The position numbers and the translations under genes are program-made. The notes beneath the pieces were generated by a model. That model searched no databases, had not been told where the DNA came from, and saw only the letters and a program-made list of their open reading frames with translations. From a virus (lineage: Duplodnaviria > Caudoviricetes), in the IMG/VR virus record IMGVR_UViG_3300020414_000439, positions 1 through 50,229 of that record: a DNA stretch of 50,229 bases. One strand, written 5' to 3'. Of the stretch, positions 10,783 to 22,200 are shown one piece after another (position 1 is the stretch's first letter; every line of letters starts with the position of its first letter).

Positions 10783-13700
10783 TTACGAACGAATGATTGT
10801 CTGATAATCGATTCCTTTAATTCTATATCTAGATCCACCCGTTCCCAAAATGTCTTCACCACCCAAAATAGCATACGCTGCGGCACCACTACCAGTAGTG
10901 TCGCCACTTGCTGCGGAGAATGTTATTGTGGGATGTAAGTTATATCCACTATCAACAGATTGTTTTATGCCATATCCGCCGTTAGTTATAGTTACTGAAG
11001 CAACTTGGTCACCAGCGCCAGTAAGAACTGCTGTTCCAGTTGCCTCAATATCACCAATGTTTTCAATTGCAACATTAGGTGTCAATGTGTAGTTTGTTCC
11101 AGGATTTTGAACAATGATATCAACAACTGTAGAATTGTGTGAGAATTCATACAAGAATCCATTCTCACCTTTGTTGGAATCACCAGTGTTGAAGGGTACT
11201 GTATCTTTGATAGTTAGTTTTGATGTACTTGGATCCCAGGAAACTACAGTTGCCTGTACTCCTGAAACTTGACCAGTAATAACTTCATTAACACTAAAGT
11301 TTCCACCATTAGCATTATCAGCATCCAACTGAAGAGTTATTAAACCAATATGCTCAACACCTTCACTCAAACCTCCAGCAGTTGTAATTGTGGAGAATTT
11401 GAATGGAATAGAAGCATCTTTGATTTGGTCTCCATTTTGGAATAATGTAGTGTTTTGACCACCAACAGTTTCTTCAATACCAAATTTAGAGTCTCTACCA
11501 GTTTCGCCAGGTTCACCAAGAATAATACCACCATCCAAACTAATTTGACCCTCATATTGAGTTCCAGTATTAACCAAATCAGCAATACCATCACCAACAC
11601 CATCCAATTCATCATCATCTTCAAAGGCACTATTTGCCAGAGTTGTAATAGGTTCGGTTAGTAATGTAATCGAATTGCCTTGAGAAGTGAGCACTACATG
11701 TGGAAGTTGTGAGGATGCACTAGAACTATAAACACCACCATCAAACTGGACAATAGCATCCTCGGTAGAGGGAATACCTGCATCAATAAATGCAAGTTCA
11801 TCAACTTCAAATGTAACAAGGAGTTCCCTAGTTGCAGGATTCCAGTCATATACTCGTGCTAATTTATTAGAAGCACTTTCAACTTTTCGGATTACAACAT
11901 CACCTACATTAAATTTGTAAGTGGAATTTCCATCATCATCAAGTTGACTATTGTCAACAATAACTCTCTGATCATAATTAAAGTTAGTTCCTCTTGTAAG
12001 TCCAGTAAATTTACCAGATGTTTTTGCGGTATAAGAAACTGTCTCTTTATTGATAATAAATGAACCAGAACCAGGAAAAGCACTAGTATCATCAACGTAG
12101 ATATTAGTATCAGAAGCAGTAACGTTCTTAACAAGACCTGTCAGATAACGAATATCTGAGTTCAAAGATTGTCTTGCTTGAGTCTTTCTTTTTAAATTTA
12201 CAAGTTTTGTAAAAATAACTTGAGGACTAGATGTATAACCAGCACCCTGATCAGTAATATTGATTGCAGAAATCTGTCCTTGATTTACTTCCGCTGTTGC
12301 TCTTGCACCAGATCCACCGCCACCAGTAATTAAAATGTAAGGAGGTTCTTGGTAGAACTCACCAGGATCGTTAATACTGATACTAGTAACTTTACCAGTA
12401 GGACTTACTTCTGCAGCACCTTCAGCATCTTGACCACCGCCACCAGTGAATTGTAGGTTAGGTGCAACTGTATAACCTTGTCCTGGGTTTAAAAGTGTTA
12501 GACCAGTAACTGTTTGAACAACTGGATTAACAAGTGCTCCACTTCCTTCACCACCTAAAATTCTCGCAGTGGTAGGACCAAAATAATTATCACCCTGTTG
12601 AGTGACATTAACGTATGCAATGGTTCCATCAGGATTTAGTGCAACATCTCCCTCTGCTCTAGTTGGGAAAATATCTGGTTTTTGAGGAACTGTATCACCT
12701 TCAAATAAAGGAACACCATAATATTTTGGACCAATAGCATAAGGATATGCTGGATTACCACTGCTATCTTCGGTCATGAAGTAAGCATATGTTCCGTTGG
12801 GATACTCAGGAGTAACGGCAAATTTGCCATTAAATTCATCTAAAGTACCAACAGATGAATCATATACATAATCCTCAACAAAATCACCAAGAACATATCC
12901 ATCTTGAGTAAGTCTGAATCCTAATCCAGAAGTAGAATATGCAAACGTATATAGATTGTTTGGAGCATCTACAGGTACAAAGAATCTCATCTCCCGTTGA
13001 GATGCAGTAGTAAATTGACTAAGATACTGAGTATACGTTACTTGAGATCCATCAATATAATAAGTTGCAAAATGAGGTTGAGAATAAAGATAAGTCGTAT
13101 CTCCAATAACAGGAGGAGCACCTACATGCCATCCGTCTTCAGTTGTAGAAATGAACAAATGATTTGCATCATTTGAAGAATCATCTTGATTGAAGACGTA
13201 GGTTTTACCTCTTTTTAGATTCAAAAATGGAACTACAGAACCATCTACTAAAAACTGACCATTTGCAACAGTAATTGCATAAGTAACCGTTGATGGGGTT
13301 ACAATTTCTTCGCGATTACCAGCAACCTCATTACCAGTTCTTAATCTGTATGAAGAAACTTCTCTTGCTACAGCACCGCTAGAATTATATCCCCATGGAC
13401 CATAAATGGGATATCCATCAAAGGACATACCAATAACTTTTGAGTGTCCATCTACATGTCTACTACGATCAATGGTTGATGTATCACCAGGTTGATAAAA
13501 ATCTTCGATGTAGTAAGTGTTCATGTTTACTTCATCTTCTTCCTCTTCTGGTGAGGTGTCAAGAATCATATAACCTTCATCACCAGCATAACCAGACATA
13601 TAATTATGGTTGCCGCAATAATAATAGATTCTATTATTCTCATCTTCATTCATTAAGAATAAAGCCTGATACTCATTTTCATAATCCGCAGCTGGTGCTG

Positions 13701-14964
13701 AAGACGATCCGCTACTGGTGTATAAAATTGTGCCAGGTGAAGATTGATTTAGAGGACCATCTGGAGTCGTACTAAAACGCATCGGATGGCCTTGATTACT
13801 ACTATCCGATTGATTCCAAATAATTAAGTAATTTTTTTGGACCAGAATATTTTCTGGTGCCATGTAATAAGTTCCTGGTGTAAAAGCACCAAACTCATGT
13901 GCTTCTGGACCAAAGTCAATATAGAAAATACCTGTGGGGAATGTAATGGGAGCACTTTGAAGTGTGAAACTAAATCCATTAGAACCAAGAATTTTATCTC
14001 CAGATGCAAAAGTAGATTGAACTTCTCTTATGTAAATTCTTGTAGGAAGACCATTGCTATCGGTAATAACCTTAGCAATTTCTCCTCGGGCATTTCCACC
14101 AATTTGTGTAATAATTCTACCAACTTCAACAGATCCCAGTGTTTGATCGAGAGTTGCGGGATCAATGAATAATAGTAAATTATCAAGTTCAGTTTTTACA
14201 TTCCATGTAAATTGTTCTAATTTGCCCCATTGAAAAACACCATTTTCTAAGGCAAATTCATTAATTGTTTTAGATGATGAATAGTATTTAATATTACCTT
14301 CAGTAATAGTATCATATACATCTGCATTTTTTACATAATCATACTTTACAGTATCAATGGAGAAAGTACCTGGTGCTCCACCATCAGATGCCCAGTCTGG
14401 AGTATGTAAAAGACCGCCATTAGCAAGAATGCCAGTTACTTTATCTTCTTGTGCAAGTCTTGTACCAAAATTAGGTACATCTTTACCACCTCTGTATACA
14501 AAGGTTTGATCAAAAGATCTATCTACTAATGGACCACCACCAGGTACTGCTTCTGCTTGAGTCCATGTAGGTTTTGGATGATTATCAGACTCAATTCTCA
14601 GTCTATCATCCGTAAAAGTTCCCCTAGTCAATGAGTTAGGGTGAGGTTGCCAGATCCTATTAATATCAAAAGATCTTACAACATTTGGAGTTTCTTGTTG
14701 AGGAACAATTTCAACACGAAGTGGATCGTATCCTCTTCCTCTTCTGAGAACACGAACGTGAACAATTTTACCAGAACCTTCTGAAATGATTGGATATAAT
14801 ATCGCCTCCACATCAGGAGTGCCGCATCCATCAATAGTAAGTCTAGGTGGATCAGCAGGATCATATCCGCTACCACCATTTACTACTCTTACCGCTCGAA
14901 CACCAAATATATCATCAAAAATCGGTTCAATTACGGCACCAGATCCAGGAACTAGTCTTGCCAT
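10783..14964 (-). CDS. Putative virion structural protein with a split YHYH-type domain, cupredoxin-like inserts and Gly-rich beta repeats (1393 aa)
   Basis: HSKVIGMSFDGYPIYGPWGY; LDEFNGKF.VTPEYPNGTYAYFMT; repeated I..GG.GYT..P.V.F.GGGG.GA; located in the baseplate cluster. Confidence 0.82.
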   Translation of the reverse strand: MARLVPGSGAVIEPIFDDIFGVRAVRVVNGGSGYDPADPPRLTIDGCGTPDVEAILYPIISEGSGKIVHVRVLRRGRGYDPLRVEIVPQQETPNVVRSFDINRIWQPHPNSLTRGTFTDDRLRIESDNHPKPTWTQAEAVPGGGPLVDRSFDQTFVYRGGKDVPNFGTRLAQEDKVTGILANGGLLHTPDWASDGGAPGTFSIDTVKYDYVKNADVYDTITEGNIKYYSSSKTINEFALENGVFQWGKLEQFTWNVKTELDNLLLFIDPATLDQTLGSVEVGRIITQIGGNARGEIAKVITDSNGLPTRIYIREVQSTFASGDKILGSNGFSFTLQSAPITFPTGIFYIDFGPEAHEFGAFTPGTYYMAPENILVQKNYLIIWNQSDSSNQGHPMRFSTTPDGPLNQSSPGTILYTSSGSSSAPAADYENEYQALFLMNEDENNRIYYYCGNHNYMSGYAGDEGYMILDTSPEEEEDEVNMNTYYIEDFYQPGDTSTIDRSRHVDGHSKVIGMSFDGYPIYGPWGYNSSGAVAREVSSYRLRTGNEVAGNREEIVTPSTVTYAITVANGQFLVDGSVVPFLNLKRGKTYVFNQDDSSNDANHLFISTTEDGWHVGAPPVIGDTTYLYSQPHFATYYIDGSQVTYTQYLSQFTTASQREMRFFVPVDAPNNLYTFAYSTSGLGFRLTQDGYVLGDFVEDYVYDSSVGTLDEFNGKFAVTPEYPNGTYAYFMTEDSSGNPAYPYAIGPKYYGVPLFEGDTVPQKPDIFPTRAEGDVALNPDGTIAYVNVTQQGDNYFGPTTARILGGEGSGALVNPVVQTVTGLTLLNPGQGYTVAPNLQFTGGGGQDAEGAAEVSPTGKVTSISINDPGEFYQEPPYILITGGGGSGARATAEVNQGQISAINITDQGAGYTSSPQVIFTKLVNLKRKTQARQSLNSDIRYLTGLVKNVTASDTNIYVDDTSAFPGSGSFIINKETVSYTAKTSGKFTGLTRGTNFNYDQRVIVDNSQLDDDGNSTYKFNVGDVVIRKVESASNKLARVYDWNPATRELLVTFEVDELAFIDAGIPSTEDAIVQFDGGVYSSSASSQLPHVVLTSQGNSITLLTEPITTLANSAFEDDDELDGVGDGIADLVNTGTQYEGQISLDGGIILGEPGETGRDSKFGIEETVGGQNTTLFQNGDQIKDASIPFKFSTITTAGGLSEGVEHIGLITLQLDADNANGGNFSVNEVITGQVSGVQATVVSWDPSTSKLTIKDTVPFNTGDSNKGENGFLYEFSHNSTVVDIIVQNPGTNYTLTPNVAIENIGDIEATGTAVLTGAGDQVASVTITNGGYGIKQSVDSGYNLHPTITFSAASGDTTGSGAAAYAILGGEDILGTGGSRYRIKGIDYQTIIRS

Positions 14965-14970
14965 TTATCC

Positions 14971-16218
14971 TCAACTAATAACGTTAATAGTTCCCTGCAT
15001 TGCAGCATGGATTGTACATTGATAATACAATGTGCTAGGAGCGTCCATTGGAACAGTCCAATAGAGAACGTTACTACCACTACCACTTTGACCAGCAGTG
15101 TATGGATTACCTGCTAAACCTTGAGTGCTTTGAATTCTGAATGGATGAGCACCACCTTGTACGCTGTTATCAAAAGCGTAAGTAAATCCTCTATTCACAT
15201 ATAAGGTAGGATCATTAGCGGTTGAAGGGAATCCTGGTCCTTGGAAAGTGAAATCGGAAGATCCGTTTGCATTAATTTCCCACCAAGTAATAGGACTACG
15301 AGTAACAATCCAATCGCTACCATTCCAGAATAATGAATCTCCTTGAGTAGGAGTACCAAACTGAGCACCACTTGACATGTCAGTGTCAGTCATTGCTGCA
15401 AATGTAGTTGGAATAGTTCCATTAAATGCAACAGTAACTGTATCTCCAACAACACTAGTAACGATGTCAGCACCACCAGCAATCGTCAGAGTATCAGTCT
15501 GAGTATTTGCTGTTGTACTACCAGTATCTGCGGTTACAGTAGCAAACAAGTTAATGCTTGCAATACCAGCAGCATCATCTCCAGGTAACCATTTGCTGCT
15601 AGAAGCATTCCACTTCAGAACCTGGTTATTTGTAGGAGCATTGGTTGTTGTATCTACATCCAACAAAGCATCAACACCAGAATATTGTGTCAATAACTTT
15701 GCTCTAGTATCTCCAACACCGCCAGCAGTGATATTGATATTTACATAAGGACTATCGTCACCATCAACAGTGAAGAAATAACCCTTATAATTAGCAATGG
15801 CAGGAGCAGAACTTAATGTTGCATATTGGTTTTTATATTGAATTTTCGTAGGAAAATCAATAACACCAGTAGCACCATCAAAGACACTGGTAACACTTCC
15901 ATGAGAAATGTTTACATCTCCAGTTCCATTGGGATTTAAAATAATATTGCCATTCGACGCCGAGATAATCTCGTTTCCGTTGACATTTAGAGCGGCGGTA
16001 AGAGTGTCAAGATTACCAGGTTCAAACCTGTTATTTGACGTATATTTCAATACTTGATTGAGAGTTGGACCAGAAACGCTCAGTTGAACGTCGGTTCCAT
16101 TTCCAATCGCACCATATACTTCATTAAAGTTATCATTAATCTTATCACCGCCCGCACGGAGGGTATCCCCCGTGTTATCATTAGCGGAAGCGCCAATACC
16201 AATAATTTGCTTAGACAT
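14971..16218 (-). CDS. gp9/gp10-like baseplate-fiber connector with a C-terminal cupredoxin-like domain (415 aa)
   Basis: N-terminus KQIIGIGASANDNTGDTLRAGGDKINDNFNEVY is the T4 gp9/gp10 signature. C-terminus has HPFRI...LYYQCTIHAAMQGTINV. Confidence 0.82.
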   Translation of the reverse strand: MSKQIIGIGASANDNTGDTLRAGGDKINDNFNEVYGAIGNGTDVQLSVSGPTLNQVLKYTSNNRFEPGNLDTLTAALNVNGNEIISASNGNIILNPNGTGDVNISHGSVTSVFDGATGVIDFPTKIQYKNQYATLSSAPAIANYKGYFFTVDGDDSPYVNINITAGGVGDTRAKLLTQYSGVDALLDVDTTTNAPTNNQVLKWNASSSKWLPGDDAAGIASINLFATVTADTGSTTANTQTDTLTIAGGADIVTSVVGDTVTVAFNGTIPTTFAAMTDTDMSSGAQFGTPTQGDSLFWNGSDWIVTRSPITWWEINANGSSDFTFQGPGFPSTANDPTLYVNRGFTYAFDNSVQGGAHPFRIQSTQGLAGNPYTAGQSGSGSNVLYWTVPMDAPSTLYYQCTIHAAMQGTINVIS

Positions 16219-16238
16219 TACTCGCAGTGATTTTTAGT

Positions 16239-16246
16239 TATTTATA
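16239..16246 (-). promoter_or_regulatory. Late promoter TATAAATA
   Basis: Perfect T4 late consensus overlapping the gp7 stop codon, 21 nt before the next ATG. Confidence 0.8.
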
Positions 16247-19200
16247 GGATCTCTGGATCAATTAGTTCTTCACCATATTGGGAAAGATCAGGTGCAGTCC
16301 AGTCATCTGGGACAGATGTCTCAACAACAATCTCTGGATTTTGATATCCAGTGCCTTGATTTGAAACTTCGATAGATGCAACACCTACCAGGGCACGAAT
16401 GTTAGCACCAGATCCTTGGATAGCACTAGCATTAACTGCTGGTCTAGAAGTATAACCAGATCCACCAAATGTAACCTTGACGGATTCGATCGATCCTGTT
16501 GTGACGTTAGCAGTTGCTTCAGATCCGCGTCCAAACACAGACCCAAGATAATCAAATGTAATCAGAGAGTTAGAAGATTCAATGATAGCAACTTGCCTAT
16601 CTTCAACTTCACCCTGAATATCTAACAGATCTCCAGGTTCAATTGGAGGAACAACTTCAGCAGCATCAACGTCTGCCTCAGAACCAACGTAAGAGAACGC
16701 AACGAATGTGGAACCTACGCGAGGAATTTCGGAGAAGATGATTCTAGAACCAACGATTTCAAAGGACTCTTTTGGTTTCTGAATAACACCATTGAGCGAA
16801 ACAATAATATTATTTTCAGGAAGGATGTTTGTAGATTGTACACCATCCGTCAGAGTCAATGAGTAGAATACGTCATTACGCTTCAAGTTGAAGGATTGAC
16901 GTAAGGAGTCAAACTCAAACGAAATATCATCCAATTGTCTCAGTTTACCAATATAGAATCCAACGAAGGATGCTCCAGCATCAGGTGCTTCAGTGAATTG
17001 AATTTGATCAGAGAACGCTGTATATGCGTTAGTTGCACCAGGAGGTTGGAGAACACCATTAACAAAAATGAGCATGTGACCTGCGGGATCGGGCAGATAT
17101 TGTGTGCCATTATTGATGGAGAGTTTGAAGGTAGTTGTAGTACCATCAAATCCTTTAAATGATCTCTTAACTCTACCTTTCAAATCAACCAAGTTGATAA
17201 TTGCTGCCTTGAATCCATTAGGACCAATTACTGCGTCATTTGCAGTAAAGGCACCAACAATATTACTGAGATAGTATCGTGTAAGTGTGCCAACTGTTTC
17301 AAAGTTTTGAATCAATGCCGATGCAGCACCTGCGGTAGTTACGTTAGTGTTGATAGTTGCATAACCAACTGGGAATGGAAGACTACCAGAAGGACCATAA
17401 TCACCAACCTGTTCACCATTACTAAACGTTCCTTGTACAGGCGTGAAGTAAATATAATTATTTGCAAGATCTACACCCGTAATAATTCCATAAACATTGG
17501 TAACTTGTCCACCACCAACAACTTTATAAAGTCTGTTACCAGGCGTAAAGTTGTTATATGTGACATTCTGTGCAGTGATGACGGAGATACCGAGACGAAT
17601 CTGACCAGAAGATGCAATTCTGTCACCAACATTAACATCAAGACCTTCATATTTAGAAACATCGATGTATTGTCTGGACGTGTCTGGATAAACAACAGCA
17701 GTCTTCTCAAACTCACCTGTAAGGGTATCAGTATCAACAGAAAGTGTACCGCCAGTATTAGCATTAACCGCAGCAGTGTTCTTGTAGAACACGTCAGGAG
17801 TTGCATTGCTTCCACTAGTATAACCCTTGAATGGGATATCAGTAGTAAATCCACCCTTAAGATCAATGATGTGCATACGATCTTCGATGAGACTGATTTG
17901 TGCTGTTGTAGTATTCGTAGCACCAACTAATACGTCAGTAATTGCCCAAGTACCACCAGTTACAGCAACATCAAGATACTTATAAGTAGCATCTTCATGG
18001 AATCCATAAACTTGACCCGTAACAGAACCATCGCCCTGCTTGGTAACAACTTCATTCATTACGAAAGGACCATCAGTGATTGCACCATCGATACGGAATC
18101 TCTTATAGATTCTCGCAATAGTTGCAGAATTTTCTACCTTATTCTTAATTTCTGCATATGCGTCACTCTGTAATCCATAGACATATTCAGTAGCATCAAC
18201 ACCGCCGCCAACACCAACAGCAATATCTCTAACACCATATGTCTTAGCAGGTACAGAAATACCACTATAGAAAGGAATTGTATTATTGAATGCAGTGCTA
18301 CCCAGTTGACTCTGAATAAGTCCATTCAGATAACGAATCATTCTAGTGATTGATACCTTAGCATAATCAGTATTGATTGTATTATCATAATATGCATAGT
18401 TACCACCAGCGGTAGGACTTGTCAGAGTATTGTCAAGGGACTTACTCATCCATTCAGTCAGTCTAATTAAGATTCTAGACTTAATATTAAATTCAGTATT
18501 AGAGAAGAATGTTTCGCCAGATACTGCCTGATAAGGATCTAGAGCACCCTTATTCAATTTTGCACCCCAAACGTAGAAACCATCATTTCCAGTTCCTGTG
18601 TAATCAGTTGCCTGGTTGTTGAGAACGTAAATTTGTTGACGTAGTGTACTGAATCCAAAACCAAAGCGAGCAGTAGTAAAGATTCTATACCAACCATCAC
18701 CATAAGGAATTACACCAGTATCCATTGGAGTAACTGTTGCAACTTGGAACGTGAGATTGTTAGTTCCATCTGCTCCACCAAGAACACTACCAGTTACTGT
18801 AAAGTTGTCACCAGGTGCATAATTTGAACCAGTGTTGGTAACTGTGATAGTTGCCTGATTGGGTTGATTAGCGTGATCAATAGTGACATTGAATGTTGCA
18901 CCAGCACCACCATTGGAAACATTAGATGTATTTGCAACACTTGTGTAAGTGCCAGTCATAGCACTTGTAGTGATAATTGAAATAGAACCTAATGTTTCAA
19001 TATTATTGGAATTTACAATAATATCACCAGCATTTCCACTACCATCAAGGATATTTACAGATCCCTTAGCACCATTATCAAGATCTACATTAAAGAATAC
19101 TCTCTGAGAATTATTTCCTGTGCCAGCGTCAAGTCCAACTTCATATCTGAGATTGGAACGAGTTCCTGCTTTTGCAAAGAAGGACAGAGTAAATGTTTGA

Positions 19201-22200
19201 TCATCGGTAAAGGAACCTGTGTCAAACGTTTCAGACCCAGAGTCAAATTTAACACCAGAACTATCAAATGTTTCAAACGATGTTAGATTGAAATCTCTAA
19301 ATTTAAAGTGTTGACCAGCGGTGGTGTTATCTTTAATATGATCAGCAGTTTGAGTGCCATCAGGAGCAAGAATAGCATTCGCAGCATAAGTCGTATTGCT
19401 ACTAGACCAGTTAGTGCTGAAATCTTCTGGATTTGTCCAGAGGTTTGTACCAGCAATTTGACCTTCAATCAGACCAGTAATACCAGCAGCGGTAGTTTTA
19501 GTTCTGACATTACCAGGTTCTGTATACCAATCATATGCACTTCCAACACCACTGGTAGCAATAGTTGCTGTAGCACCAGAAGTTTGACCAGTCAGAGTTT
19601 CTGCAGCAGACCAAGTTGTGCTTGTAAAGTATGGTCCGATAATCAAAATAGAATCATCTTCCAACCATTCATTAACGAGAGCATATCCACCACCACTAGA
19701 AACAACGGTCTCTCCAACGGAGAAGTCACCAGTCACACTGGTTAATGTAATGTTGCGTGCGTCTTCTTTCTTATAGAAGTCGGTTGTCATTATGTCATGA
19801 ACAATATTGGTGGTGAGTTCATCAACAAAGTCGTTATAAACCCAAGATCCAGCACCAAACTGAACATTAATTTCAGAATTAAGTTCTGCTCTATAGTAAT
19901 GCTCATTGAACAGAATTTGCTTACCAGCAGATCTTGCGGGTGTGCCACCAGGAGCAAGGATTCCAATGACAATATCAACCAGAGTACGAAGACGATAGAT
20001 TACTGCATTGATATCGGATGGAGATTCGCTATCACGATATGCAGTTCCAGTCTTAGGAGTGCCACCAGCGTTATTACCAACACCTGCATATTGAGCAGCA
20101 TATTGACTACCCGTTACAGAATCTCCGTTGTTATACAGAAGATTATTCAATGCTTTTTCACCAAGTTGCTTAAGTTGCTCGATTGCATAAACTGTTGCCA
20201 ACAATTCGCCTTCAACACTAGTAATTCTCTGATTACCATCAAGATAAAGTTCGGCAGCACGAATTGTGCTGTTAGTTCCACCAGTTTGCAGGTCAGAAAT
20301 GATACTAATAAGAATCAGTTTAAGATCTCTCTGACAGGTAACTTCGCCACTAGATCCAGGATATTGGAATGCATTGTAAGTAACATTGTTCAGAGTATAA
20401 GTGAACTCTGCTGTTGTGAGACCCGTTGCTTCTTCAGCAATGTATTGCCTGTTGAAGTAAAGTCTATCTGCACCGATTTGATAATCACCACCCTTAGGTG
20501 CGATAATCTCATTTAAAGTAGAAATTAATGTATCAATTGCAGTCTTGACATTTGCACATCCACCACCATCTTGAGTAATACCCCAATCACCAGTAATAAT
20601 TTTATCAGTATTAGTGCTATCAAGATCACCAGTAATTGCCTGCTTCATGTAGAAACCAAGTCTCTCATGAGCATATTCCGATTGCCATACTTGTAGGCGA
20701 ATATGAATCAATTCATCATTAGCACCAAGATATTGTCTTGCTACATTTGCTGTATGGAAATTACCGCCATCTTCAACGTCCTTAACAAGTTCATTAAGAA
20801 GCAAACTAAGGTCAGTTTGACATCTTAATGTTCCAGCAGTGCTAGATCCATTTTGGTTTCTTGGCATATCTGCTGCAAGATCAGGATATCTCTGCAGTAA
20901 GTCGAACGATGCCTTATCTACAATAGCACCAGAATTCAATCTAATTAAGTTAGCAGCATCACGGAATCTATACTGAGTATCTGCATCAATTTGATTTGTA
21001 TAGAAGATATTATTTGCAGCATCAACGTAATCAATTGAAAGATCAACATCGCTAAATGCATCAACTGTTGCACCAGCAAATTCAAACGCAGGTTCTACCT
21101 TAGTTACGCTAGCAAGATGATCAACTGGTACTGCGAGATTTGCATTACTGAGTGTATCAATAATGATATCCATCAAGTTGCCGATGGTTGTATAAACATC
21201 AGAACAATCACCAGAATCAAAGTTTGATACAGAAACAGAGTTGCTAGCAGCAGAAACAAAGGTGTGAGTGTATCTTTGTCTGACAGGAGATGCTCCAACA
21301 TTAACTGTAAATGTGTTGGTATCTGCAGCAGTAATTTCAAGTAAGGAATTGAGATTCGCAGAATCAGGATCGGGATATGTTTCCTGACTCTGGTTGCCAT
21401 CTAATGTACATGTAAATGTCAGTGAATCGGGAGCAATATAAATTTCATCACCCGCACGAATGACTCCGTTAGATGCTGCACTTACGAATGTATGAGTATA
21501 ATTACCACCAGTTGTGATTGCGTTCGTTGCAGAAGAAACAAATGTATGGGTGTACTGAGTTGCAGTGACCACTGCACCTGATGTAGCGGATACGAAAGTA
21601 TGTGTTGTCGTATTGCTAGAAGTACCAACATTAAGTGTAACTGCACCAGTCTGTTTGATCAACGCACCAGCAGTTGCTTGTACAAATGTATGACTTGTAG
21701 TATTGGTAGAAGGACCAACCTGAATAGTAAAGGTGTTGGAGTCAACAACTGTTACATCAATCCACTTTCCGCTGATAGGATCAGTAGTTCTAGGATAAGT
21801 CTTCTGAGTAGCATTATTATCTTGAGCACAAGTGTATGTCAGAGAATTGTCTGCAATCTGAACTCTATTACCAGTAGAAAGTCCATGAGATGCCGAAGTA
21901 ATGGTGATAACACCAGTGCTAGGTACATAAACTGCGTTGGTAATGTTTGCAGTGGAAGTTCCAACTGCGCTAATAGTCAGTTCGGAATCATATGCACGAT
22001 CTCTCTTGACCTTAATGCCGTTAGAAGTTGCTGATACAAATGTATGAGCGTATTGATCTCCTTGTGCAGAAGCACCAACATTAACTGTAAATGTGTCTGT
22101 GGTAACTGCAGAGATAACCAAGAAAGTTTCATATGCGGGATCAGGATTTCCGTCCCCTGCAACTGCACGAGGATAAGTCTTTTGAGCACTATTGCTATCC

